From positions 1,451 through 65,450 of the forward strand of contig JBAZML010000003.1 in the NCBI GenBank assembly GCA_041649835.1: 64,000 nucleotides of DNA, in the 5' to 3' direction. Each line of letters starts with the position of its first letter. Positions within the stretch are counted from its first letter, which is position 1. The notes under the pieces were generated by a model, which had not been told where the DNA came from, made no database searches, and worked only from the letters and a program-made list of their open reading frames with translations. Below, piece by piece: positions 30,482 through 40,330 of the stretch. The translations under genes and the position numbers were made by a program. Source of the DNA: Candidatus Shapirobacteria bacterium (GTDB taxonomy: Bacteria > Patescibacteriota > Microgenomatia > UBA12405).

Positions 30482-30757
30482 ATGGCTAAAAAAAGAATTG
30501 GATTAATAATCATTCGCGTACTTTCAATCTGTCTAATTCTTCACCTAATTCGAGACATCATGCAGTTAATAGGAGTTCACAACTTCATTACCGATTTTTA
30601 TCATTTTCAGGGTGTCAAAGACACCAACAAAATGTTGGGTTTAATTGGGCTTCAATACAAGAATTGGACGGAAATTCCCATGATACTGATTGAATTAATT
30701 TTAATAAAAATACTATCTAAGTATAAAAAAACAAAATTTATTTTTTCTCAACGTTGA
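30482..30757 (+). CDS. Small membrane hypothetical protein
   Basis: ORF filling an intergenic gap; 2 hydrophobic segments. Confidence 0.55.
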   Translation: MAKKRIGLIIIRVLSICLILHLIRDIMQLIGVHNFITDFYHFQGVKDTNKMLGLIGLQYKNWTEIPMILIELILIKILSKYKKTKFIFSQR

Positions 30758-32447
30758 ATAACCCGGACTTTATAACAATTGCCCCGGGAGAACGGAGGTT
30801 AAATATTGTTTTAAACATTTCACCACTAAAAGTAAATTCTCCCTTATCTGTTGATATTCTGACATTTTTTGTAAAACCGGCAGTAGAATAATCAACGTTT
30901 ACTGAGTTAACATTATTAATCGGTCCACCCTTATCTGTAACTTGTCTTTTCAGCTCATCCTTTGACCAGGCATCTCCATCACAACTACCAATGCAGTTTT
31001 GAATTTGTGATAAATGACTATAGTCATTGGCTTTTGAATAATATAGAACAGCATTCACAATGTCGCTAAATTCTTCATTATTTAACCATGGATGACTTCG
31101 ACCATAAGAAGCATTACTTCTGGTTTTATACCAACCTTTGTAGTACCAAGATGACCCCGCTTGTTTTTCGAAACTATCATTTGGCCAACACCCTTGATTA
31201 CCACAACTAGTATCCCAAATTTGTGGGGTGGAAAAATCACCAGAGGAATAAGAAAGTGTTGCTCCTCCGGATGTTGATGCATACATGGTGGAAAATATTC
31301 TTCCAGTAGAATTGCTTTTTATCACCATTCCTCGAGTATCTTCAACAGCTTGTTTCCATTTTCCTGGGGAGTTCAACCGACTTTTGCTATATACCTGACA
31401 AGCTTCAGTTACACAAATTGTTCCGGCTAAATTATTTGTATAGTTTAGAGCATAAGTTCTGGCTGCAATTGCCTGGGCTTTGAGCGCTTCGTAACCGCCT
31501 TCATCACCCCATTTTGCCGGCATTTCTGCAATTCCCACTAAATAATTCTCTTCAAAAGGTAAAGTCCCGATACTTGTTTTGATTGATCCACCCGGGTCAA
31601 TTTTTTCAATTTTAATATTCCCATAGTAAGCTTTTAAAATCGTTTCATAATTTTGTCCCGCTTTTGATCGGCCAAAAGCTCCAAATTGACTCATTCCTTT
31701 TCGGTGTGGCGCCCCAAATGAAAAAGTTGCAAAAGCCGGTGAAAAACCAGGATTATAATCTGCTCTTGAAGCCGGATCATCCGAGGATGAGACGTCACCA
31801 ACGGAGGTATTGAACATGGCTGTTTTTTCCGCAATTAAATTTTGCTGTTTTTGACTTAGTTCGGCCTTATAAGTTTCTGCCTTTTTAATTTCTCCACTCA
31901 AAAATCCAAATCTATTTTCCATCGTTTTTTTCAAAGTTGCCAATTTTACTTTTTGTATTTCTAAATTGCTCTTATTTTTATTCAAGGTATCAATTTCCTG
32001 AGAATAACCCGTAATCACATTTTTGTCTTGGGAAATTATTGATTGGTACCAGGTATATTGCTTCAATATATTTCCCGTACCTTGTGAAGAAAAAAACAAT
32101 GATAATGCCGAATACTTTTTTGAATTAATATAATATTTTCTGACTCTTTGAAACATCAATATCTTTTGGACTTCCAAATCAGCCTCTTTATCTATTAGTT
32201 TTTTTCCCAAATCACTAGCCTGAATTTCAATTTTTACTATTTGTGTTTTGGCACTGTTAATTTTTGACTGTAAATCGCCGGATTCCTTTTTCAAAGGTGC
32301 CATTGATGTTTCCAAATCAGCAATTTGTTTTCCAATATTATTTATTTGTTCATCAATGGTCTCAGCCAGAATTGTTCCCGAAACCAAGCCAAAAAGACCC
32401 CATACAATTATCATGGATAATAACAATTTTCCCATTATTTCTTTCAC
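30738..32447 (-). CDS. SpoIID/LytB-domain lytic transglycosylase with coiled-coil N-terminus
   Basis: HRKGMSQFGA, EALKAQAIAARTY, CQVY. Confidence 0.9.
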   Translation of the reverse strand: MKEIMGKLLLSMIIVWGLFGLVSGTILAETIDEQINNIGKQIADLETSMAPLKKESGDLQSKINSAKTQIVKIEIQASDLGKKLIDKEADLEVQKILMFQRVRKYYINSKKYSALSLFFSSQGTGNILKQYTWYQSIISQDKNVITGYSQEIDTLNKNKSNLEIQKVKLATLKKTMENRFGFLSGEIKKAETYKAELSQKQQNLIAEKTAMFNTSVGDVSSSDDPASRADYNPGFSPAFATFSFGAPHRKGMSQFGAFGRSKAGQNYETILKAYYGNIKIEKIDPGGSIKTSIGTLPFEENYLVGIAEMPAKWGDEGGYEALKAQAIAARTYALNYTNNLAGTICVTEACQVYSKSRLNSPGKWKQAVEDTRGMVIKSNSTGRIFSTMYASTSGGATLSYSSGDFSTPQIWDTSCGNQGCWPNDSFEKQAGSSWYYKGWYKTRSNASYGRSHPWLNNEEFSDIVNAVLYYSKANDYSHLSQIQNCIGSCDGDAWSKDELKRQVTDKGGPINNVNSVNVDYSTAGFTKNVRISTDKGEFTFSGEMFKTIFNLRSPGAIVIKSGLFNVEKK

Positions 32448-32479
32448 TCTTTCATTCTATCATCTGATATACTTAGGCC

Positions 32480-32863
32480 ATGAAGTTAAGCGCCAAGATT
32501 AGTAGTTTCTTGATGGTTGCTGCTGCCTTTTTTCTCTCAAATTCCTCAGTTTTGGCAGCAGAGAATGTTTTATGTCCCGATGGTGTCAGTGTTAATACGG
32601 CTCTTGGTTGTATACCGGTTCAAATGGACAAATTCATTGCCTGGTTTTTACCTTATCTTTTTAGTGTTGGTGGGGGAATTGCCTTTCTTTTAATGATTTA
32701 TGGTTTCATTTTAATGACCACCAGTAATGGTGATCCCAAGGTAGTTCAAGGGGCCAAGGAAACCATTTCTTCAGCCATTATTGGACTACTAATTTGTCTT
32801 TTCGCCATTTTTATTCTTCGTCTAATCACCATAGATATATTAAAAATTCCCGGAATATCCTAA
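32480..32863 (+). CDS. Pilin (TrbC/VirB2-like, CPR type)
   Basis: TALGCIP; GFxxMTSxGDP..V..AKETI.AIIGL. Confidence 0.8.
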   Translation: MKLSAKISSFLMVAAAFFLSNSSVLAAENVLCPDGVSVNTALGCIPVQMDKFIAWFLPYLFSVGGGIAFLLMIYGFILMTTSNGDPKVVQGAKETISSAIIGLLICLFAIFILRLITIDILKIPGIS

Positions 32864-32868
32864 TAATT

Positions 32869-33159
32869 ATGGCTCTAAATAACACTGCAGTTTTACCTCA
32901 AAATCCCATTCCTCAATTTAACAATCCAGGTAGTCTTATTTCTGCTCTTTTACCATACATATATGGTTTTGCCGGTTTGGCGCTTTTTGTTATGTTAATT
33001 TGGGGGGGTATTATTTTGATGACTGCCGCTGGCGATCCGGCCAAAAGTAAAGAAGGTTATGGCAAAATAACTGCCGGTCTTATTGGATTTATGATAATCT
33101 TTGTCTCATATTTTGTCGCCCAAATTGTTGAAGTTGCTCTCGGTGTCAAAATTCTCTAG
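32869..33159 (+). CDS. Pilin (TrbC/VirB2-like, CPR type)
   Basis: GGIILMTAAGDP.K...GKITAGLIG; start ATG 32869. Confidence 0.8.
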   Translation: MALNNTAVLPQNPIPQFNNPGSLISALLPYIYGFAGLALFVMLIWGGIILMTAAGDPAKSKEGYGKITAGLIGFMIIFVSYFVAQIVEVALGVKIL

Positions 33160-33162
33160 ATT

Positions 33163-33870
33163 TTATTTTCCCATTCTTCTATCTCTATCTTGATACCAAA
33201 TTATTACTTTCTCTAATTCTTTTGGTCCAAAATCAGGCCACAAAACATCTGTAAAATATAGTTCTGCATAGGACATTTGCCACAATAAAAAATTACTCAA
33301 GCGAAATTCTCCCCCGGGTCTAATTACTAAATCGGGATCAGGTTGGTCCTTTGTATATAAATAATTCGAAACCAATTTTTCGTCAATTTTGTTAGAGGGC
33401 ACTTTATCTTTTATAATATTTTTAATTGCGGTAACAATTTCATCCCTTCCACCATAATTCAAAGCTACGTTAAATTGTATTTTTTCTTCAATTACTGCCA
33501 TTTTAATAATCTTTTTTATAGCCTCTTTCACTTTAAAAGGAAACGCTTGAAAATTTCCCAAAACAAAAAACTTTATCCCGGATTTTCGATACTGATCAGC
33601 TTTATTTCTGACCAAATTAATCAGTAATTGAAATATACCCTTAACTTCCTGAGGAGTTCTTTTACGCCAATTTTCAGTTGACAGAGCATAAACAGTCAGG
33701 TTTTTTATACCTATATCTCGACAGTATTCGACAATCTGTTGTAGATTATCGGATCCTGCTCTGTGTCCTTCAATGTCAGGTAGGTTATGTTGTCTTGCCC
33801 ATCGGCGATTTCCATCCATAATAATGGCAATGTGTTTTGGCAAATTTGTTGAATCTATTTTTTCGGCCAT
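33163..33870 (-). CDS. uppS: Undecaprenyl diphosphate synthase
   Basis: HIAIIMDGNRRWA, STENW, NYGGR, RLSNFLLWQ. Confidence 0.95.
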   Translation of the reverse strand: MAEKIDSTNLPKHIAIIMDGNRRWARQHNLPDIEGHRAGSDNLQQIVEYCRDIGIKNLTVYALSTENWRKRTPQEVKGIFQLLINLVRNKADQYRKSGIKFFVLGNFQAFPFKVKEAIKKIIKMAVIEEKIQFNVALNYGGRDEIVTAIKNIIKDKVPSNKIDEKLVSNYLYTKDQPDPDLVIRPGGEFRLSNFLLWQMSYAELYFTDVLWPDFGPKELEKVIIWYQDRDRRMGK

Positions 33871-33934
33871 ATTAATTAAGTCGTTAATTTATTAGAAACT
33901 ATTTATCCTAAATTCGGACAGGTCATTTTATCAC

Positions 33935-33959
33935 AAAAAATCCCCCTAAATGGGGGATT
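33935..33959 (-). terminator. Intrinsic terminator of the 16S rRNA transcript
   Basis: AATCCCCC-5 nt-GGGGGATT with U-tract on the minus strand. Confidence 0.75.
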
Positions 33960-34049
33960 AATTGAAATTCATGCTTCACTATTTTAGCCAAATTGTTAGT
34001 ACCAGAAAGGTTTTGAGTAATCCCGATTATTCATCGGGACAAAAACCTC

Positions 34050-35545
34050 AAAGGAGGTGATCCATCCGCACCTTCCAGTACGGATACCTTGTTACGACTT
34101 AACCCTCATCGCTGGATTTACCTTAGCCCCACATAAAGTAGAGTTTTGGGTACCCCCAACTTTGCTGATTTGACGGGCAGTGTGTGCAAGAGGCGAGAAC
34201 GTATTCACCGCACGCTGCTGATGTGCGATTACTACCAATTCCGGGTTCATGCAGGCGAGTTTCAGCCTGCAATCCCAACTGAGGGCTAGTTTAGGGATTA
34301 GCTCCACCTTGCGGTCTTGCAACCCTCTGTTATAGCCCATTGTAGGATGTGTGTAGCCCTGGATATAAGCATCATGATGACTTGACGTCGTCCCCTCCTT
34401 CCTCCTAACAAAATAATGCTAGGCAGTCTTCTGTGACACAATAACACAGAACGGGGGTTGCGCTCGTTACCTCACTTAAGAGAACAACTCACGTCACGAG
34501 CTGACGACAGCCATGCAACAGCTGTGCACCACCCTCGAAGGACGCTCCCTTTCAGGAGCCTGCAGGTGCATTTCAAACCCAGGTAAGGTTCATCGCTTTG
34601 TATCGAATTGAACCACATGCTCCACTGGTTGTGCGCCTCCCCGCCAATTCGTTTGAGTTTCGGCCTTGCGGCTATACTCCCCAGGCGATCCGTTTAACGC
34701 GTTTGCTAACATCCCCCCCAATAAAAATTGAGAAGAACTAACGGACAATGTTTACGGCTAGGACTACTCAGGTCTCTAATCTGATTTGCTACCCTAGCTT
34801 TCGTCTCTGAACGTCAGTATGTACCTAGTTACCCGCCTTCGCGCTTGGTGTTCTTTTTAGTATCCACGGATTTAACCCCTACACTAAAAATTCCAGTAAC
34901 CCCGATACCACTCTAGTCTTCTAGTATCTTGCCCCTTTCCTCGATTAAGTCGAGGTCTTTGAAACAAGACTTAAAAAACCGTCTACAGACCCTTTACGCC
35001 CAATAAATCCGAGTAACGCTCGTAGCCTACGTATTACCGCGACTGCTGGCACGTAGTTAGTAGCTACTTATTCTTTCGGCCTTCATGGCCGGAAAAAAGG
35101 AGTTTACAACCCTAGGGTCTTCATCCTCCACGCGGTGTCGCTGCGTCAGACTTTCGTCCATTGCGCAAAATTCCTAACTGCTGCCACCCGTAGGTGTATG
35201 GGCCGTGTCTCAGTCCCATTGTGCCAGGCTCTCCGCTAAGAGCTGGTAACCGTCATAGCCTTGGTAAGCCGTTACCTTACCAACAAGCTGGTAGTAAATA
35301 GGCCGTTTTCGTAGTGACTTGCGTCTTTCACCCGTAGGCGTATGGGAAATTACCCCACCTTTCGGTGGGCTATGCCCCGCTTCGAAGTACGTTCCTATTT
35401 TATACTCACCCGTTTGCCACTGAACTGGCGATCTTCACTAAAGAGAAGAGAACCTCCTTAGTGAAGACCACAAATCCCGTTCGACTTGCATGTCTTAGGC
35501 ACACCGCCAGCGTTCACCCTGAGCCACGATCAAACTCTTAGTACA
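34050..35545 (-). rRNA. rrs: 16S rRNA (about 1496 nt, not linked to 23S)
   Basis: AGAGTTTGATC 5' motif, GTGCCAGCAG, AAGTCGTAACAAGG and 3' GATCACCTCCTTT; ends approximate. Confidence 0.98.
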
Positions 35546-35582
35546 AAAATTGAAAATGAAATACCGAAATATATCGGTGTCA

Positions 35583-35636
35583 CTTTCTGGTACTAACGAA
35601 ATGGCTAAAAAATGAAGCTGAATTTGTTAAAGAACA
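35583..35636 (-). promoter_or_regulatory. rRNA leader: boxA (35625-35636) and 5' arm of the processing stem pairing with 33965-34009
   Basis: TGTTCTTTAACA boxA-like sequence; about 43-nt imperfect inverted repeat flanking the 16S. Confidence 0.8.
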
Positions 35637-35680
35637 ACGAACAAAAATAAGTCCCGATTAATCGGGGTAGAGGTATTATA

Positions 35681-36730
35681 TTATAAATTTACGATTTGTG
35701 CAGTAGGTAAGTTGATAATTTCTGCAGAAGTAAATATAGTTTGGTATTTACGGCATATTTCAACTACAATTTGTCTATGATTTTCATCAAGTTCCGAAAA
35801 GATATCATCTAAAAGAAGAATTGGCTCTTCATTGTACTGTTCTTCAAGATAATTAATCTGCGCCAATCTTAAGGCCAAAACCGCCAACCTTTGTTGACCT
35901 CTAGATCCCCAAAAAGCTAAATTTTTATCTTCGGTTTCAAAATCTGCATAATCAATGGAAAAGTCATCTAGATGAGGTCCACATTTACTGTGTCCGACGG
36001 CCAATTCTAAAGGGTAAAGTTTTTCGAGCTTGTCTGGAGTTACCGCTGAAGCCTGATACTTTATTAAAAATTTATTTATTTCTTTATCAGAATGGTTTAA
36101 AAAAAACATATTTGCCGATTTTACCCAATTAAATCTGAAACTCTGGATAATTTCAGCATTTTTTATTAGAGATTGGTCCCAATAAAATAATTCGGTTTTA
36201 GATGCTTTTCCGGTGGCTATAATGTCCAATAGTTCATTTCGATGTTTTAAGGCTTTGTGATATTGAGATAAGGCACTAGCATAGCGCCATTCCGTGTTGG
36301 CAAATACTCCGTCTAAAAAATCACGGCGGCGTCCCGGAGACCCATTAACAAGTCTGATATCTTCAGGTTCAAAAACAACAATCTTGGCCTTACCCCAGTA
36401 TTTAGCCCTGGTTTTTACTACTTTATCAATTAAAAATCGTCTTTTTAGACTCCCGGTATCTTCTCTCCACAATTGAACTTCAACTTCGCTTTCGCCATCT
36501 TTATCGTTAATTTTGGCTCGAACACTACTCATCTTTTCACCCCATTTTATTAGTTGACCTGAACTTGATGATCGAAAACTTTTTCCGGAAGATAGAAAGA
36601 AAATAGCTTCCAACAAATTAGTTTTACCGGATCCGTTTTGTCCCAAAATGAGATTAGCCTTTTTATCAAGTTCCAACAACTTTCTTTCATACGATCTGAA
36701 ATTCTGTACCAATATCTTGCTGATATACAT
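35681..36730 (-). CDS. recF: DNA replication/repair protein RecF
   Basis: NFRSY, GQNGSGKTN, GPHLDD, SRGQQR, LLLDD; start ATG 36730. Confidence 0.95.
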   Translation of the reverse strand: MYISKILVQNFRSYERKLLELDKKANLILGQNGSGKTNLLEAIFFLSSGKSFRSSSSGQLIKWGEKMSSVRAKINDKDGESEVEVQLWREDTGSLKRRFLIDKVVKTRAKYWGKAKIVVFEPEDIRLVNGSPGRRRDFLDGVFANTEWRYASALSQYHKALKHRNELLDIIATGKASKTELFYWDQSLIKNAEIIQSFRFNWVKSANMFFLNHSDKEINKFLIKYQASAVTPDKLEKLYPLELAVGHSKCGPHLDDFSIDYADFETEDKNLAFWGSRGQQRLAVLALRLAQINYLEEQYNEEPILLLDDIFSELDENHRQIVVEICRKYQTIFTSAEIINLPTAQIVNL

Positions 36731-36811
36731 CTTCTGCCTATTATAGCCGATAATCACTCAAAATTCCTCTAAAACAAAAACTTATAAAGATTATTGAGGA
36801 TATAATGCGTT

Positions 36812-37534
36812 ATGGATTTTGATTATAAGTATCCCGAATTTCTAACAGAACCAGCCAAAAAAGAATATTTCACTCGATTTATCAGTTTAAAAAGTCGGGA
36901 TAGAGATGGAACTGCTGTATGTATTAACCTCCATCCAAAAAATTCCAATATTAATAGTAAAGAAGAAGTTGTTTTATATTGTGACAAAGTAAAAGTCGAT
37001 GAAACTCTAAAAGAAGCTGTTAATAGATGTTTGTGGGACGATTTTGGTCTAAAAATGATTAGTTATCATCATCGTTTGGACGTCATTGATTTAGCCAAAA
37101 ATAAGTTTGGTGAATCTTTACCTAGAATTGGGATAAATGCCTATGTTGAATATTCACCACTCGAGAATAAAGAAGTTGTTGGTTGTCAGGCTGAATGGAT
37201 TAGTAGAAAAAAATATCCGCTAACAAAAGGTGAGATGGATGTCTTAGATTGGTTAGAAATTGATGATCATGAGCTTGCTTCAAATCGATTCACCAAAGAA
37301 GAAGTCATTACATTTGTGAAGAATTTATATACACAGGGAGCAATGGATGTTTTTATGGATCTTTTAGAACCAGATGAAAGTTATTGTGACTCATTAGAAA
37401 TTATTCTTCCTGCCAACCCAGGACAAAGACAAAAATTATTTACTCTTTACAATGAAGAATTAAAGCACGAATTTCCTGAAGCCAAGGAAGAAACTGATAT
37501 TATGCAAGATTCTTTAAATCTCTGGTGGGACTAG
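36812..37534 (+). CDS. Hypothetical protein, degenerate Nudix-like N-domain plus acidic C-domain
   Basis: DETLKEAVNRCLWDDFGL resembles a Nudix box; ends LWWD. Confidence 0.65.
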   Translation: MDFDYKYPEFLTEPAKKEYFTRFISLKSRDRDGTAVCINLHPKNSNINSKEEVVLYCDKVKVDETLKEAVNRCLWDDFGLKMISYHHRLDVIDLAKNKFGESLPRIGINAYVEYSPLENKEVVGCQAEWISRKKYPLTKGEMDVLDWLEIDDHELASNRFTKEEVITFVKNLYTQGAMDVFMDLLEPDESYCDSLEIILPANPGQRQKLFTLYNEELKHEFPEAKEETDIMQDSLNLWWD

Positions 37535-37546
37535 AAACAAAACGTG

Positions 37547-37618
37547 TCCAGTGGGCAGGAGTTGAACCTGCATAAAACGGTTTTACAGACCGTTGCCTAA
37601 CCGCCCGGCACCCACTGG
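37547..37618 (-). tRNA. tRNA-Tyr(GTA), short variable loop, C1-G72
   Basis: Cloverleaf CCAGTGG/CCACTGG, anticodon arm ACGGT-CTGTAAA-ACCGT, T arm GCAGG-TTCAACT-CCTGC; CCA not encoded. Confidence 0.9.
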
Positions 37619-37663
37619 TCGTGAGTGATTATAACAAAATTATCAGGTAAAATAGTATAACTT

Positions 37664-38431
37664 ATGACTCTTCGTCTCATCTCCTGGAATCTTGCCGGTA
37701 TGCGTGCCGCCATCAAAAAAGGTCTTTTTGATTTTATGAAAACTGACAATTCTGATATTTATTGTTTTCAGGAAGTTAAGGCTAAAGCGGATCAAGTACC
37801 CCTAATTGAATGTCCTGATGGTTATCATAAGTTCTGGAATCCGGCCGCCAAGGCAGGCTATTCCGGTGTCGCGACCTTCACCAAAATGGAACCAAAATCA
37901 ATCATTATTGGTGACCGTGATAATGATTGGGATGATGAAGGTCGAGTTATTATTACCAAGTTTGACGAATTTACTTTGCTTAATGTTTATTTTCCGAATG
38001 GTCAACGTGATCTCGGTCGTCTTAATTTTAAAATGAAATTTTATGATTATTTTTTAAGTTATATTGATGATTTACGGGACAGGGGAGAGAAGGTAATTTT
38101 CTGCGGTGACGTCAATACTGCCCACACCGAAATTGATCTCGCTCGACCAAAAGACAACATCAAAACTTCCGGCTTCTTACCAATAGAACGAGCTTGGATG
38201 GACAAATTAGTTGCTCATAAATGGACTGACACATACCGTATCATAAATGGTGACAATATTGAGTATTCCTGGTGGTCTCAACGCTCCGGAGCTCGTCCTC
38301 GAAACATTGGTTGGCGTATTGATTATTTCTTCGTCGACGAGGCTCTGAAATCTAAAGTCAAAGATGCCTTAATTCTTACTGATGTTTTCGGAAGTGATCA
38401 TTGTCCGGTTGGTTTAACCATTAATTTATAA
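37664..38431 (+). CDS. xth: Exodeoxyribonuclease III
   Basis: SWN, QEVK, GYSGV, YFPNG, GDVN, GWRIDY, SDHCP. Confidence 0.95.
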   Translation: MTLRLISWNLAGMRAAIKKGLFDFMKTDNSDIYCFQEVKAKADQVPLIECPDGYHKFWNPAAKAGYSGVATFTKMEPKSIIIGDRDNDWDDEGRVIITKFDEFTLLNVYFPNGQRDLGRLNFKMKFYDYFLSYIDDLRDRGEKVIFCGDVNTAHTEIDLARPKDNIKTSGFLPIERAWMDKLVAHKWTDTYRIINGDNIEYSWWSQRSGARPRNIGWRIDYFFVDEALKSKVKDALILTDVFGSDHCPVGLTINL

Positions 38432-38498
38432 AAAAATAACAACAGTAAACAGATACCCTCAACATTCTGAAACCGCTGAAATTGAAGCAGTTAATAAA

Positions 38499-39188
38499 TT
38501 GGTTTTTTTCATGGAGGATTCATTAAATAAAAACCGTCCTGTTCTGCTGCTATTGTCAGGTGGGACCTGGATTCCAGCTATGGAAAAAACCAATTATTCA
38601 AGTTTGATTTTGAATCCTAATCTTAAGAATTTAACAATTATGGCTCTAGATGATCGTGTTGAGATTGGTCCAAATAATAATTTCACCAAAATAATTTCAG
38701 TACCCTTTATAGATTCTTTAATCAAATTAGGTGCCAAAACTATTTCCACGCTTCCGGACATTGATGAGAATATTGATATTTTTAGCCAAAGAATCGATTC
38801 TTCTATAAAAAAATATTTATCCTTAAATTCCGATGTTATTATGATTGCTACCGCTGGAATCGGTGGCGAAAGTAATGTTCCGGGTCATATTGCCGGTATC
38901 GAACCAATTGAAGATCGACAAGAATTTTTAAAAAATTTTCAAGACTCGAATGTATTGTATCGCGGTTACATTGCTAAGAAACTTCAACCGGGACTCCGCG
39001 CCACTGCCACCTTTTCATTATTGGATAAAATCAATTATTTTATTTTGTTAATATTAAATCCTGAACAAAAAGCCCAACCCCTAGATATTCTCTTATCCGA
39101 TACTCCGACAGCAATAAACAATTTTCCATGTGTCTATTTTCGCAATCATCCTGACGCTACTATATACACCGATATTCCTAAACAATGA
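38499..39188 (+). CDS. 6-phosphogluconolactonase/glucosamine-6-P isomerase-like protein (start uncertain)
   Basis: LLLLSGGT, LDDR, GIG....GHIAG, RATAT. Confidence 0.65.
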   Translation: MVFFMEDSLNKNRPVLLLLSGGTWIPAMEKTNYSSLILNPNLKNLTIMALDDRVEIGPNNNFTKIISVPFIDSLIKLGAKTISTLPDIDENIDIFSQRIDSSIKKYLSLNSDVIMIATAGIGGESNVPGHIAGIEPIEDRQEFLKNFQDSNVLYRGYIAKKLQPGLRATATFSLLDKINYFILLILNPEQKAQPLDILLSDTPTAINNFPCVYFRNHPDATIYTDIPKQ

Positions 39189-39858
39189 ACCTTTTTGTCC
39201 CTTCTTTTTTTAACCATTGATTATTTTCGCGCCAATTACTATCATAATTTCCCAACAATTCCCAAAATGACTTTGAATGATTTTTTATCGTCAAATGGGT
39301 TAATTCGTGTAAGATTATATGTTCAAAAATAGGGACAGGGAATAAAATAATTTGCCAATTAAAATTTAAACTGTCCCCATGAGAACACGATCCAAATCGG
39401 GAACTTTGATTTTTGACATTCACTTTTTCATAGTGCAAATTAAATTTTTGAGCCAGTCTTTTTGTATTTTCTTTAATCAATTTCAAAGCAGTAGTTCGCA
39501 TTTTTTTATCGATAATTTCTTTTATTTTATTTTTTTCTGAATAATTTACGTATATTTTTTTATCCATGATTACCAGGGAATCTCTCAAACTTTTCTTTGT
39601 TTCCACCTCGTAACTTTCTCCCAATATCTCAATTTTTTTTATGTTACTTAAAGTTTTTTTATGACTTAATTTTTCATTTTGTTTTAAAATCCATTCACTA
39701 TTATCATTCAAAAATTTTTTTACAAAAATCATCGGAGTCAGCCAGGGGACACTCATTTCAATTTTATTTTTTTCTCGTAATCTTAATCTAACCGACCTCA
39801 TCGCTTTCTTTTTTACTATCACCTCAAATTCACTGTCTCCAATCCTAATTTTTTCCAT
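39178..39858 (-). CDS. YgjP/DUF45 (M48-like) zinc metallo-hydrolase
   Basis: SRFGSCS, HELTH, NHSKSFW. Confidence 0.85.
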   Translation of the reverse strand: MEKIRIGDSEFEVIVKKKAMRSVRLRLREKNKIEMSVPWLTPMIFVKKFLNDNSEWILKQNEKLSHKKTLSNIKKIEILGESYEVETKKSLRDSLVIMDKKIYVNYSEKNKIKEIIDKKMRTTALKLIKENTKRLAQKFNLHYEKVNVKNQSSRFGSCSHGDSLNFNWQIILFPVPIFEHIILHELTHLTIKNHSKSFWELLGNYDSNWRENNQWLKKEGTKRFIV

Positions 39859-39880
39859 AGATGCTAATATATTATCAGGG

Positions 39881-40330
39881 ATGATATACATTGCGGCAGA
39901 TCACCGGGGTTTCCGGCTCAAAGAAGAACTAAAAAAATGGCTTGAACAGGAGCTTTATGAATTTCGGGATCTTGGACCATCAGAATATAATCGTGATGAT
40001 GATTATCCGGAAATTGCCATAAAATTAGGAGAAACAGTTGTTCAGGATAATAGTCGTGGTATTTTAGTCTGTGGTTCCGGCGCCGGTGCTTCAATCGCAG
40101 CCAATAAAGTTCTTGGTGTTCGAGCCGGTTTATGTACTTCAATAAAACAGGCTAATTCGGCCAAAAATGATGATAATATTAATATTCTATGCCTCAGCGC
40201 CGACTGGGTTAGCGCCGAAGATAACCAAAAAATTGCTGAAACTTTTTTAAAAACCCTATTCTCTTCCGAAGAGCGTTATATTAGAAGAATTAATCAAATC
40301 AAAGACTATGAAACTAAAAAGCGTCAGTGA
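39881..40330 (+). CDS. rpiB: Ribose-5-phosphate isomerase B
   Basis: ADHRGF.LK, DDYP, CGSGAG, ANK. Confidence 0.9.
   Translation: MIYIAADHRGFRLKEELKKWLEQELYEFRDLGPSEYNRDDDYPEIAIKLGETVVQDNSRGILVCGSGAGASIAANKVLGVRAGLCTSIKQANSAKNDDNINILCLSADWVSAEDNQKIAETFLKTLFSSEERYIRRINQIKDYETKKRQ

Noticed and set aside
34092-34340. 82-aa ORF in the ORF track
   Set aside because: Lies inside the 16S rRNA gene; spurious.
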